Positions 1-11,362 of a DNA stretch of 64,000 nt are shown in pieces. Location: positions 75,294 to 139,293 of the forward strand of contig JAOUFN010000005.1 of the NCBI GenBank assembly GCA_029858285.1, given 5' to 3'. Under the pieces are notes generated by a model. That model ran no database searches, was not told the origin of the DNA, and saw only the letters and a program-made list of their open reading frames with translations. A program made the translations under genes and the position numbers. This stretch comes from Nitrospirota bacterium (lineage in GTDB: Bacteria > Nitrospirota > JACRHL01). The stretch's first letter is position 1. Each line of letters starts with the position of its first letter.

Positions 1-948
1 GATCGCCTCGCGGATCACCGGTGCGGAGTAGACGTTGCCGTCCAGCACAATGGCGAAACGCTTGCCCACGTTGTCCTGGGTCACCTGGGCGAAAATCTTG
101 GAACCGATGGCGTCAAATTCGATGGAGACCTGGGGCTCGTTGAACTGGTCGATGGAAACACGGGCGTCGGTGAGGGTGTCGCCGGTCAGCATGGCCCGCC
201 GCTGCAACGCATAGGGCTCGCGGTCGATTTCCAGCCCGGTCTCCCTGTCCACCACCTTGTGGTAGAGGATTTCATCCCCTTCCGGCAGTGGCGTGCCACT
301 ACCGATGGCGTACTCCTCATCCACCATGCGGAACTCGAGCAGCGCGGTCTTGCCGATCAGTTCGATGGCGCGATTGGGGTCGGCCACGCCGGGCAACTGC
401 ACGAGAATTTCGTCCGTCCCCTGCTGCTGGATAAGGGGTTCAGCTACGCCGAACTGGTCGATTCGGTTGCGGATGGTTTCCACCGCCTGGGTTACGGCGC
501 CCTTGCGGATACGCTCAGCTTCGTCGTCGCTCAGGGCCAGATGCACCGATGTGCCTTCCGGGGGCAGGGCCTCCCTGAGCATGCCGAAGCGTTTGCCGAT
601 CAACTCGCGCAGTTCGGCGCGGGCGGCTTCGGTGCCGTCGTTGGTGAAAATGACGTTCAACCCTTCACCGCGCTTGGCGCTGCCAACGAGTTTTTCCTCC
701 GATGCCACGCGGTTGAGGTTTTCGATGGTGCGATCAAGGTAATTGGTCACCGCGACTTCGCGTTCGACGCGCAACACGAGGTGAATGCCGCCCTGCAGGT
801 CCAGTCCCAGGGTGAGGCCCTCGCCCAGGCCGACGGCCTTTGTCCACCCCGGCAGTTTGTCGTTGTGGATGCTGGGCAGAAAGTAGAGCAGGGACAATAG
901 CGATACCAGAGAAATCGCAATCAGTCTGCCGCCAATAGATTTTTGCAT
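1..948 (-). CDS. secD: Protein translocase subunit SecD (5' part; runs off the window)
   Basis: Manual translation from ATG at 948: MQKSIGGRLIAISLVSLLSLLYFLPS...LTLGLDLQGGIH...TIRNRIDQFGVAEP...GKRFAIVLDG. Follows tgt-yajC. Confidence 0.95.
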   Translation of the reverse strand, partial: MQKSIGGRLIAISLVSLLSLLYFLPSIHNDKLPGWTKAVGLGEGLTLGLDLQGGIHLVLRVEREVAVTNYLDRTIENLNRVASEEKLVGSAKRGEGLNVIFTNDGTEAARAELRELIGKRFGMLREALPPEGTSVHLALSDDEAERIRKGAVTQAVETIRNRIDQFGVAEPLIQQQGTDEILVQLPGVADPNRAIELIGKTALLEFRMVDEEYAIGSGTPLPEGDEILYHKVVDRETGLEIDREPYALQRRAMLTGDTLTDARVSIDQFNEPQVSIEFDAIGSKIFAQVTQDNVGKRFAIVLDGNVYSAPVIREAI

Positions 949-1008
949 ATTCAATTCCCAATCGGTCGGGATGGCCCGCCACTGGCATTATTCGCCGACT
1001 TCCGGCGG

Positions 1009-1374
1009 TTAATCCTTGCTGTCGCCTTCGCCGCCAAGGTCGCCCTGCATCACCATGACCTCGGCGCGCAGAATCTTCACCCGCACCCCCTCGGCGATCT
1101 GCAGGCTGACAATGTCACTGTGGACGTTCATCACCGTACCCAGGAGGCCACCGGTAGTGACGACTTTGTCGCCCTTCTGCAGACCTTCGATCAACTGACG
1201 GTGCTCCTTCTGGCGCTTCTGTTGCGGGCGCATCAGCAGCAACCAGAACAGGCCGAAGATGACGATGAACGGAACCATGCCGCCCAGAAAAGCGGCGGGT
1301 CCGCCGGGTTGTGCCCCCTCGGCCCCTTGGGCAAAGGCGGTGGCGGGGAGCAGAATCTGGCTCCAGTCAGGCAT
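1009..1374 (-). CDS. yajC: Preprotein translocase subunit YajC
   Basis: TM helix then [11 protein letters not shown]...[19 protein letters not shown] before ATG 1374. tgt-yajC-secD synteny. Confidence 0.93.
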   Translation of the reverse strand: MPDWSQILLPATAFAQGAEGAQPGGPAAFLGGMVPFIVIFGLFWLLLMRPQQKRQKEHRQLIEGLQKGDKVVTTGGLLGTVMNVHSDIVSLQIAEGVRVKILRAEVMVMQGDLGGEGDSKD

Positions 1375-2524
1375 CGGTGGTCTCCTGTTGGCTGGCGGTG
1401 TCAACCGCCTGCCGGTAAAAGGCGCCAAAGCGGCCCTCGCGGATGGCTGTGCGAATGGCGCGCATGAGCGCAAGATAGTGGTGCAGGTTGTGCACCGTGT
1501 TCAAGTGGTGGCCGAGAATCTCCCCGGCCAGGAACAGGTGGCGCAGGTAGGCGCGGGAAAAGTTACGGCAGGTGTAGCAGGAACATCCCGCTTCCACCGG
1601 TCGGGCGTCGTCGCGGAAGCGGGCGTTTTTGATATTGATGCGCCCCCAGCCACGGAACAGGGAGCCGGTGCGAGCGTGGCGGGTGGGCATCACGCAGTCG
1701 AACATGTCGAACCCTCGCGCCACCGCCTCCACCAGATCAATGGGTAGCCCCACCCCCATCAGGTAGCGGGGTGCGGATTCAGGCAGGTGTGGCTCCACGG
1801 CCTCCAGCACCTGGTGCATGAGTTCCTTGCCTTCCCCCACCGACAGGCCACCGACGGCGTAGCCGTCAAAGCCCATGTCCACGATGGCCTGGGCCGAGCG
1901 AACCCGGATGTCTGCCTCGAAACCACCCTGAACAATGCCGAACAGGGCCTGGCCAGAGGCCGCGCCGTGTATGCCGTGGGACGCTCTGGAGCGTGCCGCC
2001 CAGCGCAGCGAAAGCTCCATGGAGCGCTCCGTCGCGGCACGGTCCGCCGGGTATTTGAGGCACTCGTCGAAGATCATTGCGATGTCCGAGCCGAGGGCTG
2101 CCTGGATCTGCATGGACAGTTCTGGCGTCAGCAGGTGGCGGCTGCCGTCGATATGGCTGGCAAAGTGTACCCCCTCTTCCTCTACCTTGCGCAGGTCTCC
2201 CAGGCTGAATACCTGAAAGCCGCCACTGTCGGTGAGGATGGGTTTTTCCCAGGCCATAAAGCGGTGCAGGCCGCCAAGGCTGGCCACCAGATCGTGGCCG
2301 GGGCGCAGGTAAAGATGGTAGGTGTTGCCAAGAATGATCTCGGCGCCCAATTCCTCCAGATCGCGGGGGGTGACGGCCTTCACCGTGCCCTGGGTCCCCA
2401 CCGGCATGAACACCGGGGTCTGGATTGTGCCCCGGCCCAGACGCAGTGAGCCGGTGCGGGCGCGGGTGTCGGCACAACAGGCTTCCGGAGTGAACAACAG
2501 GGTAGTGGCGGCCAAGGCGGTCAC
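1367..2524 (-). CDS. tgt: tRNA-guanine(34) transglycosylase
   Basis: [30 protein letters not shown], Zn site CSCYTC...H. Confidence 0.97.
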   Translation of the reverse strand: MTALAATTLLFTPEACCADTRARTGSLRLGRGTIQTPVFMPVGTQGTVKAVTPRDLEELGAEIILGNTYHLYLRPGHDLVASLGGLHRFMAWEKPILTDSGGFQVFSLGDLRKVEEEGVHFASHIDGSRHLLTPELSMQIQAALGSDIAMIFDECLKYPADRAATERSMELSLRWAARSRASHGIHGAASGQALFGIVQGGFEADIRVRSAQAIVDMGFDGYAVGGLSVGEGKELMHQVLEAVEPHLPESAPRYLMGVGLPIDLVEAVARGFDMFDCVMPTRHARTGSLFRGWGRINIKNARFRDDARPVEAGCSCYTCRNFSRAYLRHLFLAGEILGHHLNTVHNLHHYLALMRAIRTAIREGRFGAFYRQAVDTASQQETTDA

Positions 2525-4206
2525 ATGCGCTCCGGGGCGCCGACACCCATCAGGGCCAGACCGTTATGGATGACTTGTCCCACCGCCGCCGCCAGCACCA
2601 GCCTGGCACGGGTGAGGGCAATATCGTCGCTGACGAAACGGTGCTTGTAGTAGTAGGAGTGAAAGCCCGCCGCCAGTTCCTGAAGATAGTAAGGGATGCG
2701 GTGCACTGCCAGTTCCGCACCGGCCTGCGCTACCACTTCGGGAAATTGGGTGATCTGCTTGATCAGGGCCAGTGTTTCGGCATCGGTCAGGGCTGAAAGA
2801 TCCCAATTGGCGGCGTCGGCGTAAACCTCGCGGCGGCCGAAACCGTGAGTCTCAAGGACCTTTCCGTAAAGTTGATGCACGCGGGCGTGGGCGTACTGCA
2901 CGTAGTACACCGGGTTATCCGCGGTCTGCGCCTTGGCGAGGGCCAGGTCGAACTCCAGCGGCGCGTCGCACTTGCGGGTGAGAAAGAAAAAGCGGGTGGC
3001 GTCCACGCCGATCTCGTCAGCGACCTCGGCCAGGGTGATGAACTCTCCGGAGCGGGTAGACATGGCCACCGGCTGGCCATCGCGCAGCAGGGACACCAAT
3101 TGAACCAGTACCACGGTGAGGGCTTCCGGATCGTGGCCGAGCATGGTGCAGCACGCCTTCATGCGCTGGATGTAACCGTGGTGGTCGGCACCCCACACAT
3201 CGATCAGTCGCTGGTAGCCGCGGGAGAATTTCTCCTTGTGGTAGGCCACGTCGGAGGCAAAATAGGTCGTCACGCCGTTGGCGCGCACCATCACCCGGTC
3301 CTTGTCGTCACCGTGGCGGGTGGTGGCCAGCCACACGGCGCCGTCCTTTTCGTAGGCTTTTTCCGCGGCCAGCAGGTCGGCGATGGCGGACTGCACCGGG
3401 GTAGGGGCACCTTGATAGAGGTCACGCTCCGAGAACCACTGATCGAAGTGGATGCCGAAGCGGTTCAGTTCGGTGCGGATGTCATCCAGGATGGTTTCGT
3501 ACGCACGGGTGGAGAACCGGGGCAGCCATTCGGCCTCCGGGGTGTCCGCGTGAGCCTCGCCGTCCGTATCCAGAATGCGGCGGGCGATGTCGCGGATGTA
3601 ATCGCCCTGGTAATGATTTTCCGGCAGGTCTACCTTACGGCCCAGTAACTGACAGTAGCGCACATGGGTGGAACGTCCAAGGATGTTCATCTGGTTGCCC
3701 ACGTTGTTGACGTAGTATTCGCGATCCACCCGGTGGCCGTTGGCAGTCAGCAGCCGCGCCACCGCGTCACCCACTACCGCGCCGCGTCCGTGGCCCACAT
3801 GCAGGGGACCGGTGGGGTTGGCGGAGACGAATTCCACCAGCACCCGTTGGCCGCCATCTGTGGAGTGATGACCGTAGCGGTCCCCGGCGGCCAGGATATC
3901 GAGAAGTTGCCGGGTCCAGTACCCCGGTGCCAGATGAATGTTGATGTAGCCTGGTCCGGCCACCTCAACTTTTGAAATCAGGTCGGTTGGCCAACTGATG
4001 TGGGCCGCAGCGGCGATGGACACTTCGCGCGGGGGGCGTTTGGCCTGACGCGCCAGGGCCAGGGCCAACGGGCACGCCACATCACCGTGGGCCGCCTGCT
4101 TGGGGGCCTCCAGAATGACCGGGGGCAACTCGTCGTAGCTCAGTTCACCGGCCTTTTTGGCGGCTTCGAAAGCGTCCCGGATAATGTCTGTGAGTTGCGC
4201 TGCCAT
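2521..4206 (-). CDS. argS: Arginine--tRNA ligase
   Basis: [16 protein letters not shown] (HIGH), [27 protein letters not shown]-terminal APERM. Confidence 0.97.
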   Translation of the reverse strand: MAAQLTDIIRDAFEAAKKAGELSYDELPPVILEAPKQAAHGDVACPLALALARQAKRPPREVSIAAAAHISWPTDLISKVEVAGPGYINIHLAPGYWTRQLLDILAAGDRYGHHSTDGGQRVLVEFVSANPTGPLHVGHGRGAVVGDAVARLLTANGHRVDREYYVNNVGNQMNILGRSTHVRYCQLLGRKVDLPENHYQGDYIRDIARRILDTDGEAHADTPEAEWLPRFSTRAYETILDDIRTELNRFGIHFDQWFSERDLYQGAPTPVQSAIADLLAAEKAYEKDGAVWLATTRHGDDKDRVMVRANGVTTYFASDVAYHKEKFSRGYQRLIDVWGADHHGYIQRMKACCTMLGHDPEALTVVLVQLVSLLRDGQPVAMSTRSGEFITLAEVADEIGVDATRFFFLTRKCDAPLEFDLALAKAQTADNPVYYVQYAHARVHQLYGKVLETHGFGRREVYADAANWDLSALTDAETLALIKQITQFPEVVAQAGAELAVHRIPYYLQELAAGFHSYYYKHRFVSDDIALTRARLVLAAAVGQVIHNGLALMGVGAPERM

Positions 4207-4319
4207 CTATTCTGCCGAAGAAACTGCGAAACATAAGAGATTGTGGCTGGAAAAGTCAATTGACCGCCTTTACTGCGGATTTGTTCCGACACGTACTCGG
4301 ACTGGTGTCCCGGCTTGAT

Positions 4320-4350
4320 CCTTGAGCGTCTCAAGGCTCGGCCCCATAAT
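4320..4350 (+). promoter_or_regulatory. Putative sigma70 promoter (TTGAGC-N17-CATAAT) overlapped by the palindrome CCTTGAG-cgt-CTCAAGG
   Basis: -35 at 4322-4327, -10 at 4345-4350, 7-bp inverted repeat at 4320-4336. Confidence 0.45.
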
Positions 4351-4384
4351 GGGAAACACGGTGGGGTGGTGTTTGGCCGTGGGT

Positions 4385-4411
4385 GGATCGCGGGGGGCGG
4401 TCCTTTTTTTT
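4385..4411 (+). terminator. Intrinsic terminator-like hairpin in the leader of the YyaL-like gene
   Basis: GGATCGC/GCGGTCC stem followed by T8. Confidence 0.5.
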
Positions 4412-4443
4412 GGCGCAATGGGCCCGGTGTGGAGGCGTGTTAA

Positions 4444-6504
4444 GTGTCCGATTCGAAAAACCGGCTGGGGGAGGAAACCAGCCCCTATCTGCTGCAACAT
4501 GCCGACAACCCGGTGCATTGGCAACCCTGGGGGGAAGAGGCGCTGGAGCGGGCGCGCACCGAAAATATGCCGATCTTCCTGTCCATCGGCTACAGCGCCT
4601 GTCACTGGTGCCATGTCATGGCACATGAGTCGTTCGAGGACGCCGCCACCGCCGAGGTGATGAACCGTCACTTCGTAAACATCAAGGTGGACCGCGAGGA
4701 GCGGCCCGATCTTGACCACATCTATCAAACCGCCTATCAACTGCTGGCGGGGCGCGGCGGTGGCTGGCCGTTGTCCATGTTCCTGACCCCGGGGCTGGAG
4801 CCCTTCTGGGGTGGCACCTACTTTCCCAACGTGCCGCGCTACGGCATGCCCGCCTTCCGCGACATGCTGCTGGCGGTGGCCCGCACCTGGGAGGACAAAC
4901 CGGAAGACGTGCGTCACAATGCTGTCTCCCTGCGCGCTGGCTTGGCCAGTATGAATGTGGCCCACGGCTCCGAGGCAGCCCTCACGGACGGTCTGCTGGA
5001 ACAGGCGGCAGTGCGTTTGACTGGCAACTTCGACCCGACCTGGGGAGGTTTTGGTCAGGCCCCCAAATTTCCCTCCACCATGGCTCTCCAGTTCCTGCTG
5101 CGGCGCTGGTACCGTACCGGCAATGAAACCACGTTGCATGTGGTCACCCACAGCCTCGCCAAAATGGCTCAAGGGGGTATTTACGACCACCTGGCAGGGG
5201 GCTTTGCCCGCTATTCGGTGGACGAAAAATGGCTGGTGCCCCATTTCGAAAAAATGCTTTACGACAACGCCTTGCTGATTGGCCTCTATACCGATGCCTG
5301 GCGTGCCACCGGGAACCCCCTGTTCGCCCGCGTGGTGAGGGAGAGCCTTGACTATGTGATCCGCGACATGGGCGCCCCTGACGGCGGCTTTTGCGCAGCC
5401 CAGGATGCGGATAGTGAAGGGGAGGAGGGCAAGTACTACGTGTGGCGGCCCGGAGAGATCGAGGAGGTGGTAGGGGCCGCCGACGCGCCCCTGTTCATGT
5501 CGTATTACAGTGTTAGCGACGCCGGCAACTTCGAAGGTCAGAACATTCTGTGGGTCACCGAGCCGCTGGAGGAGGTGGCCGCCCAGTTCGGTCTGTCCGC
5601 CGAGGCGGCGGAGGCGCGCCTGGCCGGTGCTCGCACGCGGCTGCTGGCAAGGCGCGGAAACCGGGTGCCACCGGGACGTGATGACAAAGTCATCACCTCG
5701 TGGAACGGTCTCATGATCGGCGCCCTCGCGCGGGGATACGGCGCCTTCGGTGAGGAACGCTGGCTGTCTGCCGCCGAGGCCGCCGCCGATTTCCTCCTGA
5801 CGCGTCTTACTGTTGATGGACGTCTGCTGCGCTGCTACCGGGACGGCCGCGCGCGCTTTGCCGCCTATCTGGATGACTATGCATTTCTGGCAGATGGCCT
5901 GCTGGAACTGTACGTCGCCAGTGGACACCCTCGGTGGCTGAAGGAATCGTGTCGGCTGATGGCGGAAGTACGAGAACACTTTGCCGCCCCCACCGGAGGG
6001 TTCTATTTTACCGCCGACGACCATGAGGAACTGGTGGCACGTACCTTTGCCGGTATGGATCAGTCTATTCCGTCCGGCAATGCGGTGGCCGCCCGCTGTA
6101 TGGTGCGGCTGCATCACCTGACCGGAGAGAGCGTCGATCTGGAGGCTGCCGAGCGGACCGTTCGTGCCTTCCTCACTCACGCGGTCTCGCAGCCTCTGGG
6201 TTACTCCGCCTTGTTGGAAGCGCTGGACGAACTGGTGCATCCGCCGCGTACCGTGGCGTTGGTGGCGGAACCGGGGGACGATACCCCGGGTGACTGGCAG
6301 GCCAGGCTGGGGCGCCGTTATTTGCCGGATGTGCTTTTGCAACGTCTGACGGTTGGAATCAATCCGGTGCCGCCGGTCCTGGAGGGCAAGGGGACGGTGA
6401 ATGGTCGGGCGGCGGCCTACGTCTGCCACGCAGGCACCTGCTCCGCCCCGGTGACGGATTTTGACGCCCTTGCCGCCGGGCTGGCCGCAGGGGGCTCCGG
6501 GTAA
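4444..6504 (+). CDS. YyaL/SPATA20 family protein (thioredoxin-like domain plus six-hairpin glycosidase fold)
   Basis: [45 protein letters not shown]. Confidence 0.92.
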   Translation: MSDSKNRLGEETSPYLLQHADNPVHWQPWGEEALERARTENMPIFLSIGYSACHWCHVMAHESFEDAATAEVMNRHFVNIKVDREERPDLDHIYQTAYQLLAGRGGGWPLSMFLTPGLEPFWGGTYFPNVPRYGMPAFRDMLLAVARTWEDKPEDVRHNAVSLRAGLASMNVAHGSEAALTDGLLEQAAVRLTGNFDPTWGGFGQAPKFPSTMALQFLLRRWYRTGNETTLHVVTHSLAKMAQGGIYDHLAGGFARYSVDEKWLVPHFEKMLYDNALLIGLYTDAWRATGNPLFARVVRESLDYVIRDMGAPDGGFCAAQDADSEGEEGKYYVWRPGEIEEVVGAADAPLFMSYYSVSDAGNFEGQNILWVTEPLEEVAAQFGLSAEAAEARLAGARTRLLARRGNRVPPGRDDKVITSWNGLMIGALARGYGAFGEERWLSAAEAAADFLLTRLTVDGRLLRCYRDGRARFAAYLDDYAFLADGLLELYVASGHPRWLKESCRLMAEVREHFAAPTGGFYFTADDHEELVARTFAGMDQSIPSGNAVAARCMVRLHHLTGESVDLEAAERTVRAFLTHAVSQPLGYSALLEALDELVHPPRTVALVAEPGDDTPGDWQARLGRRYLPDVLLQRLTVGINPVPPVLEGKGTVNGRAAAYVCHAGTCSAPVTDFDALAAGLAAGGSG

Positions 6505-6610
6505 CTGTCACTACCGGAATACTGGGCAGGGGCCTGGCAAACCGGTATCATGCGGTGCAGCGTGTCGGGCTGCCCGATGGCAGATTTTCCGACAGCAGAT
6601 TTCCCGAAAG

Positions 6611-7453
6611 ATGATTGGCGGCATGGCCGGTGCGTTTCTGATTTTGTTGCGGGAGGGGCTGGAAGCCGCCCTGGTGGTGGGCATCATCCTTGCCGTGGTG
6701 GTGCGCCTGGGGCAGCCACGGTACGAACGCCATGTGTTTGGCGGCGTGGCTGCGGCTGTGATGGCCAGCGTGCTGTTCGCACTTGCCGCCGATGGCGTAG
6801 GCGGACTGTTTGGCGGCGCCGGACAGGAGGTGCTGAACGGTATTGTGCTGATGCTGGCCGCCGCCATGCTCTCTTATGTGGTGGTGTGGTTGCGCTCCAG
6901 CCGCCACGCACTACGCGAGAAAATCACTGAAAAGGTCCACCGGCAGGTGGGGGCCCGCGGTCTGGGGGTGTTTATGCTGGCGTTCCTTTCGGTGTTCCGT
7001 GAGGGGGTCGAATCGGTTCTATTCTTGTGGGGCATTCTGCTCGGGAGCGGTGACGACATGGCGGGGGTGCTCACCGGCGCCGGACTTGGGCTAGCCTCCG
7101 CCGTGCTGCTGGCGTGGGTGGTGTTTCAGGGGGGGAGGCGCGTGCCTCTGGCGACCTTTTTCAACGTCACCACTGGACTGTTAGTACTGCTGGCTGCGGG
7201 TATGCTGGCCAAGGGGGTGGGGTATTGGGTGACGGTAGACTGGCTGCCGGCCCTGTCCTACGCCGTGTGGGATACGGGGGAGGTGCTTCCGGAGCGCTCC
7301 GGACTGGGTGCCGTGCTGACCGTGCTGATCGGCTATAACTCCAGCCCTACATTGCTGGAAGTGCTGGTCTATACGGGGTATTTGGCCTTGGTCGGTGTTT
7401 GGCTGGCATGGGGGGACAAATCCTCGCCTGCCGACTTGCGCCGCTCGACCTGA
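6611..7453 (+). CDS. FTR1 family iron permease
   Basis: Two REGxE motifs (REGLE, REGVE) and about 7 hydrophobic segments. Start is 6611 or 6623. Confidence 0.9.
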   Translation: MIGGMAGAFLILLREGLEAALVVGIILAVVVRLGQPRYERHVFGGVAAAVMASVLFALAADGVGGLFGGAGQEVLNGIVLMLAAAMLSYVVVWLRSSRHALREKITEKVHRQVGARGLGVFMLAFLSVFREGVESVLFLWGILLGSGDDMAGVLTGAGLGLASAVLLAWVVFQGGRRVPLATFFNVTTGLLVLLAAGMLAKGVGYWVTVDWLPALSYAVWDTGEVLPERSGLGAVLTVLIGYNSSPTLLEVLVYTGYLALVGVWLAWGDKSSPADLRRST

Positions 7454-7546
7454 GCGGCTTGTCGCGGGGCGGTTGCTTGATGGCGTGCCACCCGTTGGAT
7501 GATCGGGGGGCGCTGATCGCCAAGTGTCGCAGCGGGCCGTGCCCGC

Positions 7547-8485
7547 CTAGAACACGGATACGTTGATGTATTTTTTTGGATTTTCCTCGAAATCCTTGAC
7601 CAGCTTGCGCATGTCGCGCAGCAGGGCGGCCAGTTCTACCGCAATGGCATCGTTGTTGACGACCGTGCCGACCGTGCCATCGCCCTTGTCTATTTTGCCC
7701 AAAACCGAGTCCAGGCGGGCCATGGCGGAATTCAGATGCTCGAACGGCTCCGGGTTTTCGGCCAGCCGTTTGAGGGTGCCGTCGGGAGCCAGCAGGGTGG
7801 TGTTGAGGTCCTTGCCCAGGGTGGTGAAGCTGCTGGCGGCGTTACGCAATTCACGGGCTGTGGCTGACAGTTCTTCCGCAGTCCGGTTCATGCTGCGGGT
7901 GGCGTCGCGCGCCGAATTGTAGAGGGCCGGGTCGGTCATCATGCGACCGATGGTGCCCTCACCGCTACGCATCTGCCGGGTCAGGGCAGTCAATTCCACC
8001 ACCAGATCGTTGAGGCGTGTGGTCATGTCCTTGGCCTGGCCCATGATGTTCTCGAAATCGGCGCTGCCGTTGTCGGCGACGATGACGGCTGCGGTTTCCA
8101 CCTGCGGGGTATCTGGGCTTCCCGGGGCGAGTTCCACATATTTGTCGCCCAGCAATCCTTGAGAGCCGAGGGAGGCGATGGCATCGGCGTGGATGTCTTG
8201 CCGGTGGTTTTCGTACACCCGCATTTCCACCCGCACCCCCTGGGTGCCCACCCGCTCCAGGGAAAGGCGGGTGACACTGCCGACACGCACTCCGGAGAGC
8301 ATCACCAGCGCCCCAGGTTTGAGCCCGGAGACTTTCTGCATGTCGGTGTACATGGGGAAGGTGGGGCGGAAAAATTCACGGATGCCGGTGAAAGAGACGA
8401 CGCCGACAGTGCCGATCAGGAGTGCGGACACCAGCAGGATGCCCACCTTCAATTCGGACCATGCCAGATTGGTACTGCGTTTCAT
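7547..8485 (-). CDS. MlaD/MCE family protein
   Basis: ELKVG N-terminal TM, GLKPGALVMLSGVRVGSV, GLLGDKYVEL, helical C-terminus ending NPKKYINVSVF. Confidence 0.9.
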   Translation of the reverse strand: MKRSTNLAWSELKVGILLVSALLIGTVGVVSFTGIREFFRPTFPMYTDMQKVSGLKPGALVMLSGVRVGSVTRLSLERVGTQGVRVEMRVYENHRQDIHADAIASLGSQGLLGDKYVELAPGSPDTPQVETAAVIVADNGSADFENIMGQAKDMTTRLNDLVVELTALTRQMRSGEGTIGRMMTDPALYNSARDATRSMNRTAEELSATARELRNAASSFTTLGKDLNTTLLAPDGTLKRLAENPEPFEHLNSAMARLDSVLGKIDKGDGTVGTVVNNDAIAVELAALLRDMRKLVKDFEENPKKYINVSVF

Positions 8486-8518
8486 GCGCTGCGAGCTTCC
8501 TTATCGCCTGCGGGGATT

Positions 8519-9241
8519 TTACGCCAGAAAGCGCTTGATGTAGGGGTCTTCATTGGCGAACAGTCCATCGCGGTCCCCCTGGTAGAGGATGTTGCCATCC
8601 TGGAACACCACGATGTGGTCGGCCACCTTGAAGGCGTCGCGCAGTCGGTGGGTGACCATGATCGAGGTCAGATGCTTGCGCTGCGCCACCTTGCGGATCA
8701 ACTCGCAGACGGTATCGGCGGTAATCGGATCCAGACCGCTGGTGGGTTCGTCATAGAGCATGATTTCCAGGTCGAACCCGGCCAGTGCTCGGGCGACAGC
8801 CACGCGGCGGCGCATGCCGCCGGAGAGTTCGTCGGGCAACAGGTCGAGGGTGTGTTCCAGCTCCACGAATTCCAGTTGGCGGCGGGTGCGGGCCTCAATC
8901 TCCTCCTCCGGCAACTGCATCAGTTCGCGCATCATGAAACTGACGTTCTCGCCCACGGTCAGGGAGTCGAACAGGGCACCGTCCTGGAACACCACGCCCA
9001 TGCGGCGGCGGATGGGGATTAAATCACGCTCCGCCAAGGGCACGATGTCTACGCCATCCACCAGTACTCGTCCGTGTTGTGGCCGGTTGAGACCCAACAA
9101 CACATGCAGCAGGGTGGTCTTGCCGGAGCCGGAGGCGCCCAGCAGGGCCACCGACTGCCCCTGGGGGATTTCCAGGGTAACTCCGTGTAGCACCTCGGTG
9201 CCGTCGGGATAGGAAAATCGAACGTCTTCGAACCGTATCAT
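8519..9241 (-). CDS. MlaF/Mkl family ABC ATPase
   Basis: Walker A GASGSGKT, FQDGALFDS, LSGGMRRR, YDEPTSGLDP. ATGA overlap with the upstream gene. Confidence 0.92.
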   Translation of the reverse strand: MIRFEDVRFSYPDGTEVLHGVTLEIPQGQSVALLGASGSGKTTLLHVLLGLNRPQHGRVLVDGVDIVPLAERDLIPIRRRMGVVFQDGALFDSLTVGENVSFMMRELMQLPEEEIEARTRRQLEFVELEHTLDLLPDELSGGMRRRVAVARALAGFDLEIMLYDEPTSGLDPITADTVCELIRKVAQRKHLTSIMVTHRLRDAFKVADHIVVFQDGNILYQGDRDGLFANEDPYIKRFLA

Positions 9242-10017
9242 GCCCAGCCCAGTGCTTTGAGTACCAGGTACCCGACCAGAAAGTTGAACACCAGAACCAG
9301 AATGCTGGCCTTCACTACCGCCTGCGTGGTGGCGCGCCCCAGGCCACGGGTTCCGCCTTCGGTAAGCAACCCGACGCTGCACCCCGTCACACCGATGATG
9401 ATGGCGAACACGAACGGCTTGATGAGGCCGCCCAGTAGGTTTTGTACGGTCAGGCCCTGGTCTACCCCCGCCCAGTAGGTGGCGGCGCTCAGCTTGGCCA
9501 CCACCATGGCCACTCCGGCCCCGCCCAGCACGGCAATGGCGTCGGCCATCAGGGTCAACACCGGCAGCATGATGAACACGGCCACCACCCGGGGCATCAC
9601 CAGCTTGGAGATGGGATCGACACCCATCACCCGCAGGGCGTCCACCTGCCGTCCGATCTGCATTGAACCCAGTTCCGAGGCGATTCCGGCGCAGACCCGA
9701 CCGGCTACCATCAAGGCGGTGAGTACCGGCCCCATTTCACGCACGATGGAGACAGTGACCATCTTGCCCAGATAGCCCTGGGCGCCAAAAACCGCCATTT
9801 CCACGCCAAATTGCATGCTCATGGCCATGCCCGCAAACAGGCCGGTGAGGGCGGTGATGCCGAAGGAGTCGGCGCCCAGCATTTCCATCTGTTCCAATAT
9901 GTCCCGCCCCCGCCGGGGCACGTCGCGCAGGTGGCGGATGGTGCCGATCAGCAGCAGCACGGCGTGCTGCACTTCAAACAGTGCGCCTTTAAGTTTTCCG
10001 ATGAGGAAATCCAGCAT
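9238..10017 (-). CDS. MlaE family ABC permease
   Basis: REMGPVLTALMVAGR, ELGSM...QVDAL, GRATTQAVV. Confidence 0.92.
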   Translation of the reverse strand: MLDFLIGKLKGALFEVQHAVLLLIGTIRHLRDVPRRGRDILEQMEMLGADSFGITALTGLFAGMAMSMQFGVEMAVFGAQGYLGKMVTVSIVREMGPVLTALMVAGRVCAGIASELGSMQIGRQVDALRVMGVDPISKLVMPRVVAVFIMLPVLTLMADAIAVLGGAGVAMVVAKLSAATYWAGVDQGLTVQNLLGGLIKPFVFAIIIGVTGCSVGLLTEGGTRGLGRATTQAVVKASILVLVFNFLVGYLVLKALGWA

Positions 10018-10244
10018 GGCGTCAGCTACGGCCGTCCGCACGCCGGGCGGGGGAGGGGGGCGAGGGCACTTTCATTCCGGGTATTGTATGGATTTTGCTT
10101 CCCTGCGCCACACTGACACGGAATCTGTCTGAAATGGCAGTCGGAGCGGATACCGGGCAAAGTGCCGACATAGGGTGCCAGGACCGGTTACCGGAAATGC
10201 GGGTGGCATACACCGGAGGGCTGCCGGAGCCACTACCCGATGAG

Positions 10245-10282
10245 GTGGCCGGTCCACGGCAACAACCGCGTGGACCGGCCAC
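10245..10282. terminator. Perfect 14-bp inverted repeat just downstream of the peroxiredoxin gene
   Basis: GTGGCCGGTCCACG / CGTGGACCGGCCAC with a 10-nt loop. No U-tract. Confidence 0.45.
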
Positions 10283-10295
10283 TGGCAGCCGGGCA

Positions 10296-10880
10296 CTAGC
10301 CGTGTTTCTTGAAGTATTTCTTGGATTTTTCCGTATCCGGTGACATGGTGTCGTCGCCGGGCTTCCAGTCGGCGGGACACACTTCGCCGTGCTTTTCCAC
10401 GAACTGGAAGGCCTGGATGATGCGCAGCGCCTCATCCACGTTACGGCCTACCGGCAGATCGTTGACCGTGGAGTGGCGCACGATGCCCTTGGGGTCGATG
10501 ATAAAGGTGCCGCGCAGAGCGATTCCACCGTCCAGCAATACCCCGTAATCGCGGGAAACCTGCTTGGTCAGGTCGGCCAGGATGGGGATGTGCATTTCCC
10601 CCAGACCGCCGTCGGCGCGGGAGGTGTTGACCCACGCCAGGTGGGTGAACTGGCTGTCCACGGAGCAGGCGATGGCCTGGGCCCCCACCTTGGAAAGTTC
10701 TGCCTGCTTCTCGGAGTAGGCGATGATTTCGGTGGGACAGACAAAGGTGAAGTCCAGGGGGTAGAAGAACAGTACCACCCACTTGCCCTTGTAGTCGGCA
10801 AGGGAGATTTCCTTGAAAGTTTTGTCCGGCATCAGGGCGGTGGCCTTGAACGCGGGAGCCTGGCTGGTTACTTGCGGCAT
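10296..10880 (-). CDS. ahpC: Typical 2-Cys peroxiredoxin (AhpC/TSA)
   Basis: [12 protein letters not shown] (peroxidatic Cys) and GEVCPA (resolving Cys). Confidence 0.95.
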   Translation of the reverse strand: MPQVTSQAPAFKATALMPDKTFKEISLADYKGKWVVLFFYPLDFTFVCPTEIIAYSEKQAELSKVGAQAIACSVDSQFTHLAWVNTSRADGGLGEMHIPILADLTKQVSRDYGVLLDGGIALRGTFIIDPKGIVRHSTVNDLPVGRNVDEALRIIQAFQFVEKHGEVCPADWKPGDDTMSPDTEKSKKYFKKHG

Positions 10881-11025
10881 GGCGAACTGTCTCCTGTCAT
10901 GAGCGGGTGATGGGACCGGGACATTCCGGTCCGTGGTATTCCCGGGCAGGTCGGGGCGGCGTACTGCCTCCGCTCTGCGCCGTTGTTGATGCCGTGTGCA
11001 TGGCGCCGAATCGGGCCGATGCGCC

Positions 11026-11274
11026 TTATTTGGTCTTGCGAACCAGCCCGGTGAACACCGTGCCGTCCTGGGTGAGTGCCACCAGTTCGTTGCCGGTAGT
11101 TTTGCACCAGGCCGGAAGGTCGGCCTGGATACCGGCGTCGTCGGACTTGACCGCCAACATCTGGCCAGTCTGGATCTTTTTGATTTCGCGAGCGGTCATG
11201 ATGATCGGCATGGGGCAATACAGCCCGATGGCGTCCACAGTGACATCGGCTTGCATGGTGTTGGTCCCTCCCAT
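11026..11274 (-). CDS. TusA family sulfurtransferase
   Basis: [10 protein letters not shown] (CPxP), DLPAWC. SD precedes both ATG 11274 and ATG 11256. Confidence 0.9.
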   Translation of the reverse strand: MGGTNTMQADVTVDAIGLYCPMPIIMTAREIKKIQTGQMLAVKSDDAGIQADLPAWCKTTGNELVALTQDGTVFTGLVRKTK

Positions 11275-11362
11275 CGGTATCTCCTCCCGGTCTTCGGTGT
11301 GAACTGTGCGAACCGTTGACGCGAACTGCCCGTGGCGTACGGACTTCCGGCGGCGGAACAAG

